Assembly (NCBI GenBank): GCA_022652815.1 | Contig: JALCRR010000002.1 | Span: forward strand, 46,951-110,950 | Reading direction: 5' to 3' | DNA length: 64,000 nucleotides | Source: Oscillibacter sp. | GTDB lineage: Bacteria > Bacillota > Clostridia > Oscillospirales > Oscillospiraceae | Shown here: positions 38,328 to 50,186 of the stretch, one piece after another | Position numbering within the stretch: the stretch's first letter is position 1 | Layout: the number at the start of each line of letters is the position of its first letter | The notes under the pieces: generated by a model | What the model saw: only the letters and a program-made list of their open reading frames with translations | Databases searched by the model: none | Told to the model about the DNA's origin: nothing | Made by a program: the position numbers and the translations under genes

Positions 38328-39491
38328 TTATTTCTTTCCGGTGTTCTGAGAATCTGCATAATGGTCCTCGGAATAGGCACGGCCACGGGCATAGGGGCGG
38401 TCGCCAATCCGGCCGTTTTCATTGGTGCTGGCCTTCTTGGGCTTTGCTTTCGCTTCGCGGGCAAGGCGCTGTTTTTCCTTTAGGGAAATCTTGGCCTGCT
38501 GCGCTTTGCGCTCCTCTTGCAGACGCTTGGCCTCTTCCTGACGCTGGCGGCGGTTTTCCTCCACCTGGCGCACATGCTCTTCTTCCTCGGCGGACAGCTT
38601 GCCCGTGTAGAATTTATTGAGCAGGAATTCCTGCAGAGCAGAGAAGGCACTCTGGGCAATCCAGTAAATGCCCAATGCTGCGGGCAGGGTGAATGCAATC
38701 CACAGGGACATCAGCGGCATCATCCACATCATCATCTTGTTTGTGGAAGCCGTTGCGCCGGCCTGAGGCTGGGTTGCCATGGAGAACTTCATGGTCAGCA
38801 CCTGGAATGCGGCGGAGACAAACGGAATGAGAATCAGTCCGATTGCCGCCCAGGTAATGCCGCTTTTGAACAGCGTCAAAGCGGTGGTGGGCTGAATGGA
38901 GAGGTCAATGCCCAGGAAGCTGAAGTTCATGTTGATCCAGCCCGGGGTGCTGCTTGCAAAGTTGGGCAGCAGCTCTTGAATCTTCGTAACCACGTCGATT
39001 TCGCCGTAGGCACTCAGTTCCTTGGCCACAGTGGCAACCTTGTCCGCGCTGGTTCCGGCAATGGTGACACCGATATCGGACAGTGCCTTGATGGCCTTGT
39101 CCACAACCGAGGTGTCAAGCATCATGAAGTAGGTAATGGGCTTGCGGATAATGTAATACAGAGCCATCAAAATGGGCAGAGGCAAAAAGCTCCACAAGCA
39201 GCCGCTCATGGGGTTGACGCCCTCTTCTTGATAAAGGCGCTGCATTTCCTCGTTCATCTTGGTGGGGTTGTTGGCATAACGCTTCTGAATGTCCTTAATC
39301 TGGCCATTCATCCGGCTCATGCGCATCATGCTCTTCTTGGATTTCATCTGGAACGGGAGCAGGATCAGCTTGATGACCAGCGTAAAGAGGATTAGGGATA
39401 TGCCGTAGGAGCCTGTTAGGGTATAAAACAGGCGCAGCAGTGCAGCAAACGGGATACAAATATAGTATCCGATGGTCGCAAAAACTCCCAT
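38328..39491 (-). CDS. yidC: Membrane protein insertase YidC/SpoIIIJ
   Basis: YG..I.LFT.V.K..L.P; NP..GCL...L..PIL; P..LG.YW; canonical position. ATG 39491 has RBS GGAGGA. Confidence 0.93.
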   Translation of the reverse strand: MGVFATIGYYICIPFAALLRLFYTLTGSYGISLILFTLVIKLILLPFQMKSKKSMMRMSRMNGQIKDIQKRYANNPTKMNEEMQRLYQEEGVNPMSGCLWSFLPLPILMALYYIIRKPITYFMMLDTSVVDKAIKALSDIGVTIAGTSADKVATVAKELSAYGEIDVVTKIQELLPNFASSTPGWINMNFSFLGIDLSIQPTTALTLFKSGITWAAIGLILIPFVSAAFQVLTMKFSMATQPQAGATASTNKMMMWMMPLMSLWIAFTLPAALGIYWIAQSAFSALQEFLLNKFYTGKLSAEEEEHVRQVEENRRQRQEEAKRLQEERKAQQAKISLKEKQRLAREAKAKPKKASTNENGRIGDRPYARGRAYSEDHYADSQNTGKK

Positions 39492-39547
39492 TTGGGGTTC
39501 CTCCAATTTTGAGTTGTTTTTTGTCTGGGCAGAATGTTCTGCTCTAC

Positions 39548-39757
39548 TTAGGGGACGGGATCATACCCGCCTTTGTGAAACGGATTGCAGCGCAGGATGC
39601 GGCGAAAAGCCAGCCATCCGCCCTTCAGTGCACCGTATTTTTCCAGCGCTTCCAGTGCATACTGGGAACAGGTGGGAATGTAGTTGCAGCAGGGCGGGCG
39701 GTACGGAGAGATGGCCTTCCGGTAGAACTTCACCAGGGCGATCAGCACGGTTTTCAT
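39548..39757 (-). CDS. yidD: Membrane protein insertion efficiency factor
   Basis: Y...ISP...[14 protein letters not shown]...YG..KGG.L...[15 protein letters not shown]. Confidence 0.95.
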   Translation of the reverse strand: MKTVLIALVKFYRKAISPYRPPCCNYIPTCSQYALEALEKYGALKGGWLAFRRILRCNPFHKGGYDPVP

Positions 39758-40104
39758 GCCTGCTCTTCCCCCTTCAAAAGCTCCAGCTTGTCCGCAAGGC
39801 GCAAGAAGGCATCGTTCAGATTCTGAAAGGGCGCTGTCGCAGTCCGGCTGCGACCCACCAGAATCACATCATAGCCCTGCTTGAGCTGACCGGCGTTTAG
39901 CCGGCAGACTTCACGCAGACGACGGCGGGAACGGTTTCGCACCACGGCATGGCCCAGCTTCACCGAGACGGTGTAGCCAAAGCGATTATGCCCCAGCTTA
40001 TTTTTCCGGCAGTAGACCACCATGGTCTTGTCCACTGCGGATCGTCCCCGCTGATACAGACGGCGAAACTCATAATTTTCTTTCAAAGTAACCGCCCGTT
40101 TCAT
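39754..40104 (-). CDS. rnpA: Ribonuclease P protein component
   Basis: LK.NYEF; RFG.TVS.KLG.AV.RNR.RRRLRE. Confidence 0.95.
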   Translation of the reverse strand: MKRAVTLKENYEFRRLYQRGRSAVDKTMVVYCRKNKLGHNRFGYTVSVKLGHAVVRNRSRRRLREVCRLNAGQLKQGYDVILVGRSRTATAPFQNLNDAFLRLADKLELLKGEEQA

Positions 40105-40228
40105 ATGCTTCCGGTCCTTCTCTCCTTGATTTTTTGTAGGAAACTCGACTAGGGACGGAGGAATTCAATCAATTCCCGCCGTCCCTGAAAGAACTGTTCT
40201 CGTGTTTCCCGCGCGCGTCCGTTTTTCC

Positions 40229-40369
40229 TTAGTAGGACAGCACTGCGCGGCCCTTTGCGCGACGGCGGGACAAGACCTTGCGGCCATTAGCGGTCGCCAT
40301 TCTCTTGCGGAAGCCGTGGACCTTCTGACCATGCAGCTTCTTGGGCTGGTAGGTACGCTTGGTTGCCAT
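40229..40369 (-). CDS. rpmH: 50S ribosomal protein L34
   Basis: [10 protein letters not shown]......HGFR.RM.T..GR.VL.RRR.KGR; RBS GGAGGT. Confidence 0.97.
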   Translation of the reverse strand: MATKRTYQPKKLHGQKVHGFRKRMATANGRKVLSRRRAKGRAVLSY

Positions 40370-40483
40370 GTTGGAAACACCTCCTGTAACTAAATAGACC
40401 GTTCTTTTCAAAACGGTCATGCTCGACGAAGCGTTTCCGCTTCGCAGCAATCAAACAAGGCGCCAATTACAGGCGCATCGTTT

Positions 40484-40512
40484 AGTATACATACAAATTG
40501 AAAAAGTGTCAA
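40484..40512 (-). promoter_or_regulatory. sigma-A promoter of rpmH
   Basis: TTGACA-17-TATACT on the minus strand. Confidence 0.8.
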
Positions 40513-40677
40513 TAAAAACTTGAAAAGTCTTTTCTGCTTCGCCATTTCTGCTTCTCAAAGACAAAAAACCGAAAATTTCTAAATCTTGTGTGTTGCTGCC
40601 CTGTTTTTTACAAAATGTATGATTTTTGTCACAACTTTTTTGAGAAAAAAATTTGTGCTTATTTATTAGAATATGTA

Positions 40678-40706
40678 TGGACGAAAAGGCCCTTTTCTGC
40701 TATAAT
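40678..40706 (+). promoter_or_regulatory. sigma-A promoter of dnaA
   Basis: TGGACG-17-TATAAT with extended TG; the spacer contains inverted repeat GAAAAGG-C-CCTTTTC. Confidence 0.65.
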
Positions 40707-40765
40707 TTTCGGTGTAACTATATGCTGCCACAGGCAGATTTTCATTTGAGAGAGGGGTTTTTCGT

Positions 40766-42088
40766 TTGAATTCCATTGCAGACGTCTGGAACAACGTCCT
40801 GCAGCAGCTGAAGCGCGACCTTTCGGAAACCACCATTAAAACCTGGTTTGATGAAATCGAGGCGGTGGATCTCCGGGACGGAACGCTATATCTGCACTGT
40901 TCCAATGATTTTAAAACAGGCTACATTGAGAACCTGTTTATGAAAAATATCCGATCCTCCCTAAAGGATATTTTCTCTGCCGACATTGGCGTGAAAATTT
41001 TGGATGATGAGGCATTTCGGGTTTTTCAAGGCGGTGAGCCCGCCAAAACCCGGGGCTTTGATCCCAACGACGAGTTTACCTTTGACACGTTCGTGGTGGG
41101 TCCTTCCAACAAGCTGGCCTATGCGGCGGCAGTCGCCGTGGCAGAGCATCCGGCCCAGAACTATAACCCGCTGTTTATTTACGGTGATTCCGGTCTTGGC
41201 AAAACCCATTTGATTTATGCCATTGCCCACGTCATCCGCAAGCGAGAAAAGGGCGCGAAGATTGCCTACGTCAAGGGTGACGATCTGACCAACGAATTGG
41301 TTGCCGCCATCCAAGCAGGTCCCTCCAAAACAGCCGAAATGCGGGAGAAATACCGTCAGGCGGATCTTCTTCTGGTGGATGACGTGCAGTTTATCGCCGG
41401 CAAGAAACAGACGCAGGAGGAATTTTTCCATACATTCAATACTCTGTACGAATCCGGCAAGCAGATTGTTCTGACATCGGATCGTCCGCCCTCTGAAATG
41501 ACCCAACTGGAGGATCGTCTGCTGACCCGCTTCGAATGGGGTCTGCTGGTGGACGTGGAACCGCCCGATTTTGAAACGCGGCTGGCGATTATTAAGAACA
41601 AGGCCGCTCTTCTTGGCATGGAACTGCCGGACAAAATCATGGCCTATATCGCGGACAACGTCACCGCCAACGTCCGACAGCTGGAAGGTACGATCAATAA
41701 GATCAACGCCTACAAGGATCTGCTGGGAAATGACGCCGACGAGGAAACTGTCACCCGCGCCATTCAAGACATGCTGAAGCGTAGCAACGAGTATATTCCC
41801 TCTCCCGAAGTCATTCTGGACTATATCAGCAAGTTTTACAATCTGGACGAGAGTATTATCCGCGGCCAGCAGCGGGTGCGTGATGCGGTACAGGCCCGGC
41901 AGATTGCCATGTATCTGATCCGCAGCATGACAAACCTCTCCCTGGACGATATCGGCAAGGTCTTTGATAACCGCGATCATACCACCGTTATGTACTCCAT
42001 CGACAAGGTCGAAAAGCAAATGAAAAAGGAGTCCTCCTTCGCAGAAACGGTTAAGGAAATCAAGACCAATATCAACTCAAAACGATAA
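40766..42088 (+). CDS. dnaA: Chromosomal replication initiator DnaA
   Basis: NPLFIYG.SGLGKTHL; DDVQF; QEEFFHTFN; RFEWGL; NVRQLEG; RDHTTV. TTG start. Confidence 0.98.
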   Translation: MNSIADVWNNVLQQLKRDLSETTIKTWFDEIEAVDLRDGTLYLHCSNDFKTGYIENLFMKNIRSSLKDIFSADIGVKILDDEAFRVFQGGEPAKTRGFDPNDEFTFDTFVVGPSNKLAYAAAVAVAEHPAQNYNPLFIYGDSGLGKTHLIYAIAHVIRKREKGAKIAYVKGDDLTNELVAAIQAGPSKTAEMREKYRQADLLLVDDVQFIAGKKQTQEEFFHTFNTLYESGKQIVLTSDRPPSEMTQLEDRLLTRFEWGLLVDVEPPDFETRLAIIKNKAALLGMELPDKIMAYIADNVTANVRQLEGTINKINAYKDLLGNDADEETVTRAIQDMLKRSNEYIPSPEVILDYISKFYNLDESIIRGQQRVRDAVQARQIAMYLIRSMTNLSLDDIGKVFDNRDHTTVMYSIDKVEKQMKKESSFAETVKEIKTNINSKR

Positions 42089-42335
42089 GGCACGTTTTTC
42101 ACATCTGTGGTGGAAAAAGAAAAACCTGTCTGTGGAAAACCCGCGCTTTCCCGAGTTTTCCAAAACAACGTGCAATTTCTCCACGAACCGTGTGGAAGCG
42201 CAAACTGCTGAAAATAAACGAAAAAACAGGGCTTTCCACAAAAAAAGCCCCTACGGCTTCTTTTTACTAACTAAGTTATTCTTTTTTTATCTAAAAAGAG
42301 CGACGAAAATCGGATTCCATACAAAGAGAGGAAGA
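42089..42335. other. oriC (DnaA-box cluster and AT-rich unwinding region)
   Basis: TTTTTCACA 42095-42103; TGTGGAAAA 42131-42139; one-mismatch boxes at 42109, 42156 and 42232; then GCCCC, trio-like TAC GGC TTC TTT TTA CTA and a T-rich tract before dnaN. Confidence 0.85.
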
Positions 42336-42341
42336 TGAAAC

Positions 42342-43457
42342 ATGATGAAATTCTCCTGCGAGAAAGCAATCTTGATGAACGCCATCAACGTTGCATCCCG
42401 CACCGTGGCCCAGAAAAGCTCCATCCCCGCACTGGAGGGTTTGCTGCTCCATGCGGAGGACGGTTTGACCGTCTCCGGCTACAATATGCAGACCGGCATT
42501 CGCACCCGGCTTTCCGCCGACGTGCAGGAGAGCGGCGAGCTGGTGCTCAATGCCCGACTTTTCGGTGATATTGTGCGTCGGATGCCCGACGACATCGTGA
42601 CCTTCAGCGCCGACGACAAGCAGCTCGTTCATTTGAGCTGCGGAGATGCAGACTTTGACATTCTCGGCCTCAGCGCCGCAGACTATCCGGAGCTTCCCGA
42701 AGTCGAGGACGAATTCTGCGTCACCATGAAGCAAAATGTCTTGCGGGCCATGATCGATCAGACGTCCTTTGCCGTCTCTACCAACGAAAGTCGCCCAGTT
42801 CATACCGGTGCTCTTTTTGAGATTGCCGATCAGAAGCTGACCATGGTTGCCGTGGACGGGTTCCGTCTAGCGGTTCGGAAAGAACCCATCGAAAAACTGG
42901 AGGGCGGCGGATTTACTTTCGTGGCACCCGGCAGCGCGCTGAATGAGGTCGAGAAAATCTGTGAGGACTCTGATGATCCGGCGGAAATCACGCTCGGTAA
43001 GCGCCATGTCCTGTTTGAAGTCGGCGATACGCAGTTGATCTGCCGGAGACTGGAAGGCGAATTTCTCGATTATAAGAACGCCATTCCCCGGAAAAATCCT
43101 ATCGCGCTGGTTGCGGACACCAAAACGCTGATTAACAGCATCGACCGCGTGTCCGTGGTGATTTCCGACAAGCTGAAAAGTCCGGTGCGTTGTCTCTTTG
43201 ACCATGATAAGGTTATGCTGTCTGCCAAAACGGGCAATGGCGAAGCCAAGGATGTGTGCCACATTGCTGGGGATGGAACCGGTCTTGAAATCGGCTTTAA
43301 TAACCGCTATCTGATGGATGCGCTGCGTTATGCGCCGGCGGATACCGTCAAGATTGAGCTGAATACCAGTGTCTCCCCTGCCATCATCGTACCCACCGAG
43401 GGAGAAGAAAACTTCCTTTATATGGTGTTGCCCGTGCGGCTGAAGGCGGCAGAATGA
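42342..43457 (+). CDS. dnaN: DNA polymerase III beta clamp
   Basis: MMKFSC.K..L; AVDGFRLA; L.GEF.DY; IGFN.RYL.DAL; M.LPVR. Confidence 0.98.
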   Translation: MMKFSCEKAILMNAINVASRTVAQKSSIPALEGLLLHAEDGLTVSGYNMQTGIRTRLSADVQESGELVLNARLFGDIVRRMPDDIVTFSADDKQLVHLSCGDADFDILGLSAADYPELPEVEDEFCVTMKQNVLRAMIDQTSFAVSTNESRPVHTGALFEIADQKLTMVAVDGFRLAVRKEPIEKLEGGGFTFVAPGSALNEVEKICEDSDDPAEITLGKRHVLFEVGDTQLICRRLEGEFLDYKNAIPRKNPIALVADTKTLINSIDRVSVVISDKLKSPVRCLFDHDKVMLSAKTGNGEAKDVCHIAGDGTGLEIGFNNRYLMDALRYAPADTVKIELNTSVSPAIIVPTEGEENFLYMVLPVRLKAAE

Positions 43458-43669
43458 AAAATGTGACCATTCATACGGAATATATCCGTTTGCAGGATTT
43501 ACTGAAGCTTGCCAATGTCGTTGAATCCGGCGGCGAGGCAAAAGAACTCATTCAAAATGGTCAAGTTAAGGTCAATGGAGAAACCTGCACCATGCGGGGT
43601 AAGAAGCTCCGTCCCGGCGACTGTGCGGAATATGCCGGGCAGGAATACGGCGTTGCCTATGAGAGTTGA
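43454..43669 (+). CDS. yaaA: S4-domain RNA-binding protein YaaA
   Basis: [10 protein letters not shown]......SGGEAK..I..G.V.VNGE....RG.KL. Confidence 0.92.
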   Translation: MKNVTIHTEYIRLQDLLKLANVVESGGEAKELIQNGQVKVNGETCTMRGKKLRPGDCAEYAGQEYGVAYES

Positions 43670-44762
43670 CGGGCTGACCCTTCAAAATTTTCGTTCCTAT
43701 CGGGAACAGTCAGTTACTTTTGACCCGGACTGTAACGTAATCTTCGGCGAAAATGCTGAGGGAAAGACCAATCTGCTGGAGGCCATCACCTATCTGTCCT
43801 GCGGACGATCCCCCAGAGCCAGGCGGGATCAAGAGCTAATCTCTTTTGGCGCCGACGATACCCGTATTACCGGAAACGTTTTTTCCCGGGAGCGGGATTT
43901 CAAGATGGAAATTGATCTTGGACGCGGAAAACGACGGAAAATGCGGGTCAACGGCGTTCCGGCAAAAAACGCAGCTGCCCTCAGCGAGGTTTTCAGTACG
44001 GTATTTTTCTGTCCCGATGACCTCTATCTTATTCGGGATGGCGCTGCGGCCAGACGAAAATTTCTGGACACCGCCCTGTGCCTGCTGCGGCCAAAATACG
44101 CCGCGGCACTTGGCGAGTATAATCGCGCCTATGAGCACAAAACGAGAATTCTGCGGGATAGCGAGGAGCGTCCAGATCTCCTAAAAACGCTGCCGGATTT
44201 CAATGAGCAGCTGATTCGCTGGGGAGCCGTGCTGATTCATTATCGGGCACAATACACCCAACGGCTGGCGGAATACGCCGCCGCCAACCATCAAGAATGC
44301 TCCGGCGGAAAGGAAACGCTGCAAATCCGCTATCAGACGATCTCAACGGTGAAGGATCCGCCGGCGGAGACGGCGGAACTTGCCAAGCAGCTCCGCACGC
44401 ATATGGAGGCGCATTTTCAAGCGGAACTTGCCTCCCGGCTGTGTCTTTCCGGTCCCCACAAAGACGATTTGCTTGTCACCATCAACGGACAGGACGCCAA
44501 GGCGTTTTCGTCTCAAGGACAGACCCGCACCGCCGCCCTTTCCATGAAACTTGCGGAACGGGAGATTTTAAAAAACGCCGTGGGCGAATACCCGGTACTG
44601 CTGCTGGACGATGTGCTCTCCGAGCTGGACCCCAAGAGACAGGAATTTGTCTTGAACCGCATTGCCGGCGGGCAAGTGTTCATCACCTGCTGCGAAGATG
44701 ATCGATTGCCGCAGATGCTCGGCGGAAAAGTGCTTCACGTGAAGCATGGCACCATCGGGTGA
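43659..44762 (+). CDS. recF: DNA replication and repair protein RecF
   Basis: NFRSY; [14 protein letters not shown]; SGPHKDDL; SQGQ.RT; [11 protein letters not shown]. Confidence 0.97.
   Translation: MRVDGLTLQNFRSYREQSVTFDPDCNVIFGENAEGKTNLLEAITYLSCGRSPRARRDQELISFGADDTRITGNVFSRERDFKMEIDLGRGKRRKMRVNGVPAKNAAALSEVFSTVFFCPDDLYLIRDGAAARRKFLDTALCLLRPKYAAALGEYNRAYEHKTRILRDSEERPDLLKTLPDFNEQLIRWGAVLIHYRAQYTQRLAEYAAANHQECSGGKETLQIRYQTISTVKDPPAETAELAKQLRTHMEAHFQAELASRLCLSGPHKDDLLVTINGQDAKAFSSQGQTRTAALSMKLAEREILKNAVGEYPVLLLDDVLSELDPKRQEFVLNRIAGGQVFITCCEDDRLPQMLGGKVLHVKHGTIG
44731..44746. promoter_or_regulatory. parS-like palindrome inside the recF tail (second copy at 44886-44901)
   Basis: TGCTTCACGTGAAGCA: perfect palindrome with two symmetric differences from TGTTTCACGTGAAACA. 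Confidence 0.5.
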
Positions 44763-44990
44763 TGAACACGCGACTGAGCGGAGCGATAGGAGCCGCACGT
44801 AAGCGCGTATTGAATTGCCGCGACGCAACGCGGCGCATCACTTGCTGCGAAGATGATCGATTGCCGCAGATGCTCGGCGGAAAAGTGCTTCACGTGAAGC
44901 ATGGCACCATCGGGTGATGAACACGCGACTGAGCGGAGCGATAGGGGCCGCGCGTAAGCGCGTATTGAATTGCCGCGACGCAACGCGGCG

Positions 44991-45072
44991 CATCACTTGC
45001 TGCGAAGATGACCGACTGCCGCAGATGCTCGGCGATAAGGGTATACATGTGCACGACGGAAAACTTATGTAA
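44991..45072 (+). pseudogene. Orphan divergent recF C-terminal fragment
   Basis: Encodes [26 protein letters not shown], versus [26 protein letters not shown] in recF; same length and stop position. Confidence 0.8.
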
Positions 45073-45358
45073 ACAAAAAAAACAAAGAACTTTATAAAAG
45101 CATAAAATTAAAGTTGACAATTTCCAGATTTTAAGAATGCCAAGTGCCAACGGGTGTAGAAGCAGAGACAATGCATGTTTCTCCCCCAGACGAAAAAAGT
45201 GAGTATTATCGCGTGTATTTAATGTACTGAAAATTTGCAGAAGATCAAACCTAAAAGCGTTTTTCTTTTCCACCGCTGGCACACATTCTCTTTGCACAAG
45301 AGCAAAGAAAATTAGGGGCCAGGCTCTACCGGCAGCAGTCGGCAAAAAAGGAGTCTTT

Positions 45359-45625
45359 ATGTATCTGCATATCGGGCAAAACGAAATTTTGCCGGACAGC
45401 CGAATTATCGGTGTGTTTGACCTGGACAAAGCAAGCTGCGGCAAACGCGCCCAAGAGTTTTTAAACCGGGCGGAGGCGGACGGCGTGGTACTGGACATTT
45501 CCGGTGACATTCCCCGCTCGTTTGTGGTATGCGATCATCCGTATCATCCCCAGATTGTCTATCTGTCCCAGCTCAGTTCCACCACGTTGCAAAAGCGAGC
45601 TGAGACCGGAAAACTGGAGTTTTAA
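45359..45625 (+). CDS. remB: DUF370 / RemB (YaaB) family protein
   Basis: MYLHIG.......IIGVFD; canonical position between recF and gyrB. Confidence 0.88.
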   Translation: MYLHIGQNEILPDSRIIGVFDLDKASCGKRAQEFLNRAEADGVVLDISGDIPRSFVVCDHPYHPQIVYLSQLSSTTLQKRAETGKLEF

Positions 45626-45709
45626 TACAACATCAATTAGGGCAGGGAGAAGCGGGCCGGAATGGTCCGGTTCGGTTCCCTTTGCCCCAAAACAGGAAGG
45701 AAGTTCTCA

Positions 45710-47653
45710 ATGGACGAAAATCTGAATCCCACTGCGGTGGGCGCAGACAACGAATATGACGCATCGGAAATTCAGGTGCTGGAAGGCTTGGAGGCTGTCC
45801 GGAAACGCCCGGGCATGTATATTGGTTCCACCTCCACCTCTGGACTGCACCATTTGGTCTATGAGATCGTCGACAACTCGATTGACGAGGCTCTGGCCGG
45901 GTTCTGCACGGAAATCACCGTGGAGATTAACGAGGGAGACACCATTACTGTCACGGATAACGGCCGTGGTATTCCCGTGGACATCCAGTCCCAAACGGGC
46001 AGACCCGCACTGGAGGTTGTGTTTTCCGTTCTGCATGCCGGCGGCAAGTTCGGCGGTGGCGGATACAAGGTGTCCGGCGGTCTGCACGGCGTGGGCGCGT
46101 CCGTGGTCAATGCCCTTTCCGAGTGGTTGGTGGTTCATGTCCACAAGGACGGCAAAATCTACGAGATGAAATTCTCCCGCGGCCATATCACCCAGGAGAT
46201 CAAGGTCGTCGGCGATACTGATCGAACCGGCACGACTGTTACCTTTAAGCCCGACCCCGATATGTTCGAGGATACGGTGTATTCCTACGATACGCTGCAC
46301 ACCCGCATGCGGGAAGAGGCGTTTTTGAACGCAGGCTTGAAAATCCGCACCATCGACCACCGTGCCGGCCAGGAGCAAGAGGACGAGATGTGCTTCGAGG
46401 GCGGCATCCGGGAGTTTGTGGGCTGGATCAACCAAAATAAGGATCCCCTTCACGAGCAGATCATCTACATGAAGGGTATGAAGGATGACTCCATGGCGGA
46501 AATTGCCATGCAGTATAACTCCACCTATAACGAAAATATGCTTTCCTTTGCCAACAACGTCCACACACCGGAAGGCGGCATGCACGAAGAGGGCTTTAAG
46601 CGCGCACTGACCACCGTGCTGAACGCTTACGGCAAGAAGATCGGCATGTTGAAGGACGAGGAGAAGATCTCCGGCGACGACTGCCGCGAGGGTCTTGCCT
46701 GCGTCATTTCCGTCAAGCTCACCGACGCCCAGTTCGAGGGCCAGACCAAGACCAAGCTGGGCAACTCCGAAATCCGCACGCTGGTGGCCGGAATCGTCTC
46801 CGACAAGCTGGAGCAGTTCCTGGAGGAAAATCCCCAGATCGGCCGCATGATTCTGGACAAGGCAACGATGGCTTCCCGCGCAAGAGAAGCCGCCCGTAAG
46901 GCTCGTGAAAATATTCGCCGCAAGAGCGCTCTGGGCGGCGCAGCCATGCCCGACAAACTCCGCGACTGCAACGAAAATAACCCCGAACTCACTGAAATCT
47001 ACATCGTCGAGGGTGATTCCGCAGGCGGCTCCGCAACTCAAGGACGCGACTCCCGGTTCCAGGCCATTCTTCCCCTGTGGGGCAAGATGCTGAACGTGGA
47101 GAAGGTCCGGGAAGAGCGGGTTATCGGCAACGATAAATTGCAGCCCGTCATCACTGCCCTTGGCGCAGGACTGGGCGAGGACTTTGACGTGACGAAGCTC
47201 CGTTACCACAAAATTGTCATCATGGCCGATGCCGACGTTGACGGCGCCCATATCCGGACGCTGCTACTGACGTTCTTCTTCCGCTATATGCGTCCCCTAA
47301 TCGAGCACGGCTATGTCTATTCCGCTGTGCCGCCGCTGTATAAGCTCACCCGCGGCAAGACCGTCCGGGTTGCCTATGACGACGATCAGCGCGACACCAT
47401 CAGCCGGGAAATGCGCGGCGACAATCCCAATGCCAAAATCGACATTGCCCGCTACAAGGGCCTTGGCGAAATGAACCCCCACGAGCTGTGGGAAACCACC
47501 ATGGACCCGGAAAAGCGGACGCTGCGGCGCATCGAGTTGGATGATGCTGTGGCTGCCGACGCTGTGTTCACGGTGCTGATGGGCGAAAAGGTGGAGCCCC
47601 GCAAGGAGTTCATCGAGAAGAACGCCAAGTACGCCGTTAACCTCGATTATTAA
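45710..47653 (+). CDS. gyrB: DNA gyrase subunit B
   Basis: [10 protein letters not shown]; EIVDNSIDE; SGGLHGVG; [10 protein letters not shown]; IMADADVDG; RYKGLGEMN. Confidence 0.98.
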   Translation: MDENLNPTAVGADNEYDASEIQVLEGLEAVRKRPGMYIGSTSTSGLHHLVYEIVDNSIDEALAGFCTEITVEINEGDTITVTDNGRGIPVDIQSQTGRPALEVVFSVLHAGGKFGGGGYKVSGGLHGVGASVVNALSEWLVVHVHKDGKIYEMKFSRGHITQEIKVVGDTDRTGTTVTFKPDPDMFEDTVYSYDTLHTRMREEAFLNAGLKIRTIDHRAGQEQEDEMCFEGGIREFVGWINQNKDPLHEQIIYMKGMKDDSMAEIAMQYNSTYNENMLSFANNVHTPEGGMHEEGFKRALTTVLNAYGKKIGMLKDEEKISGDDCREGLACVISVKLTDAQFEGQTKTKLGNSEIRTLVAGIVSDKLEQFLEENPQIGRMILDKATMASRAREAARKARENIRRKSALGGAAMPDKLRDCNENNPELTEIYIVEGDSAGGSATQGRDSRFQAILPLWGKMLNVEKVREERVIGNDKLQPVITALGAGLGEDFDVTKLRYHKIVIMADADVDGAHIRTLLLTFFFRYMRPLIEHGYVYSAVPPLYKLTRGKTVRVAYDDDQRDTISREMRGDNPNAKIDIARYKGLGEMNPHELWETTMDPEKRTLRRIELDDAVAADAVFTVLMGEKVEPRKEFIEKNAKYAVNLDY

Positions 47654-47668
47654 GGAAGGGAGACCGAA

Positions 47669-50179
<2,511 letters not shown>

Positions 50180-50186
50180 ACCCTTT

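Larger units (their letters stand above)
44681..45072 (+). repeat. 155-bp-period tandem array of recF 3' tails and 73-bp structured spacers
   Basis: Unit starts CATCAC(C/T)TGCTGCGAAG at 44681, 44836 and 44991. Tails are 82 bp and end in stops at 44760, 44915 and 45070. Spacers at 44763-44835 and 44918-44990 differ at 2 positions. Confidence 0.95.

Noticed and set aside
44681-45072. CRISPR array or pure assembly stutter
   Set aside because: Units are 155 bp with near-identical, not unique, spacers and no cas genes are present. Copies differ at specific positions and the third tail is a coherent divergent coding allele, which simple stutter would not create. Read-level confirmation is still needed.
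45277-45295. sigma-54 promoter (TGGCAC...TTGC)
   Set aside because: Spacing is 9 nt rather than the required 5.
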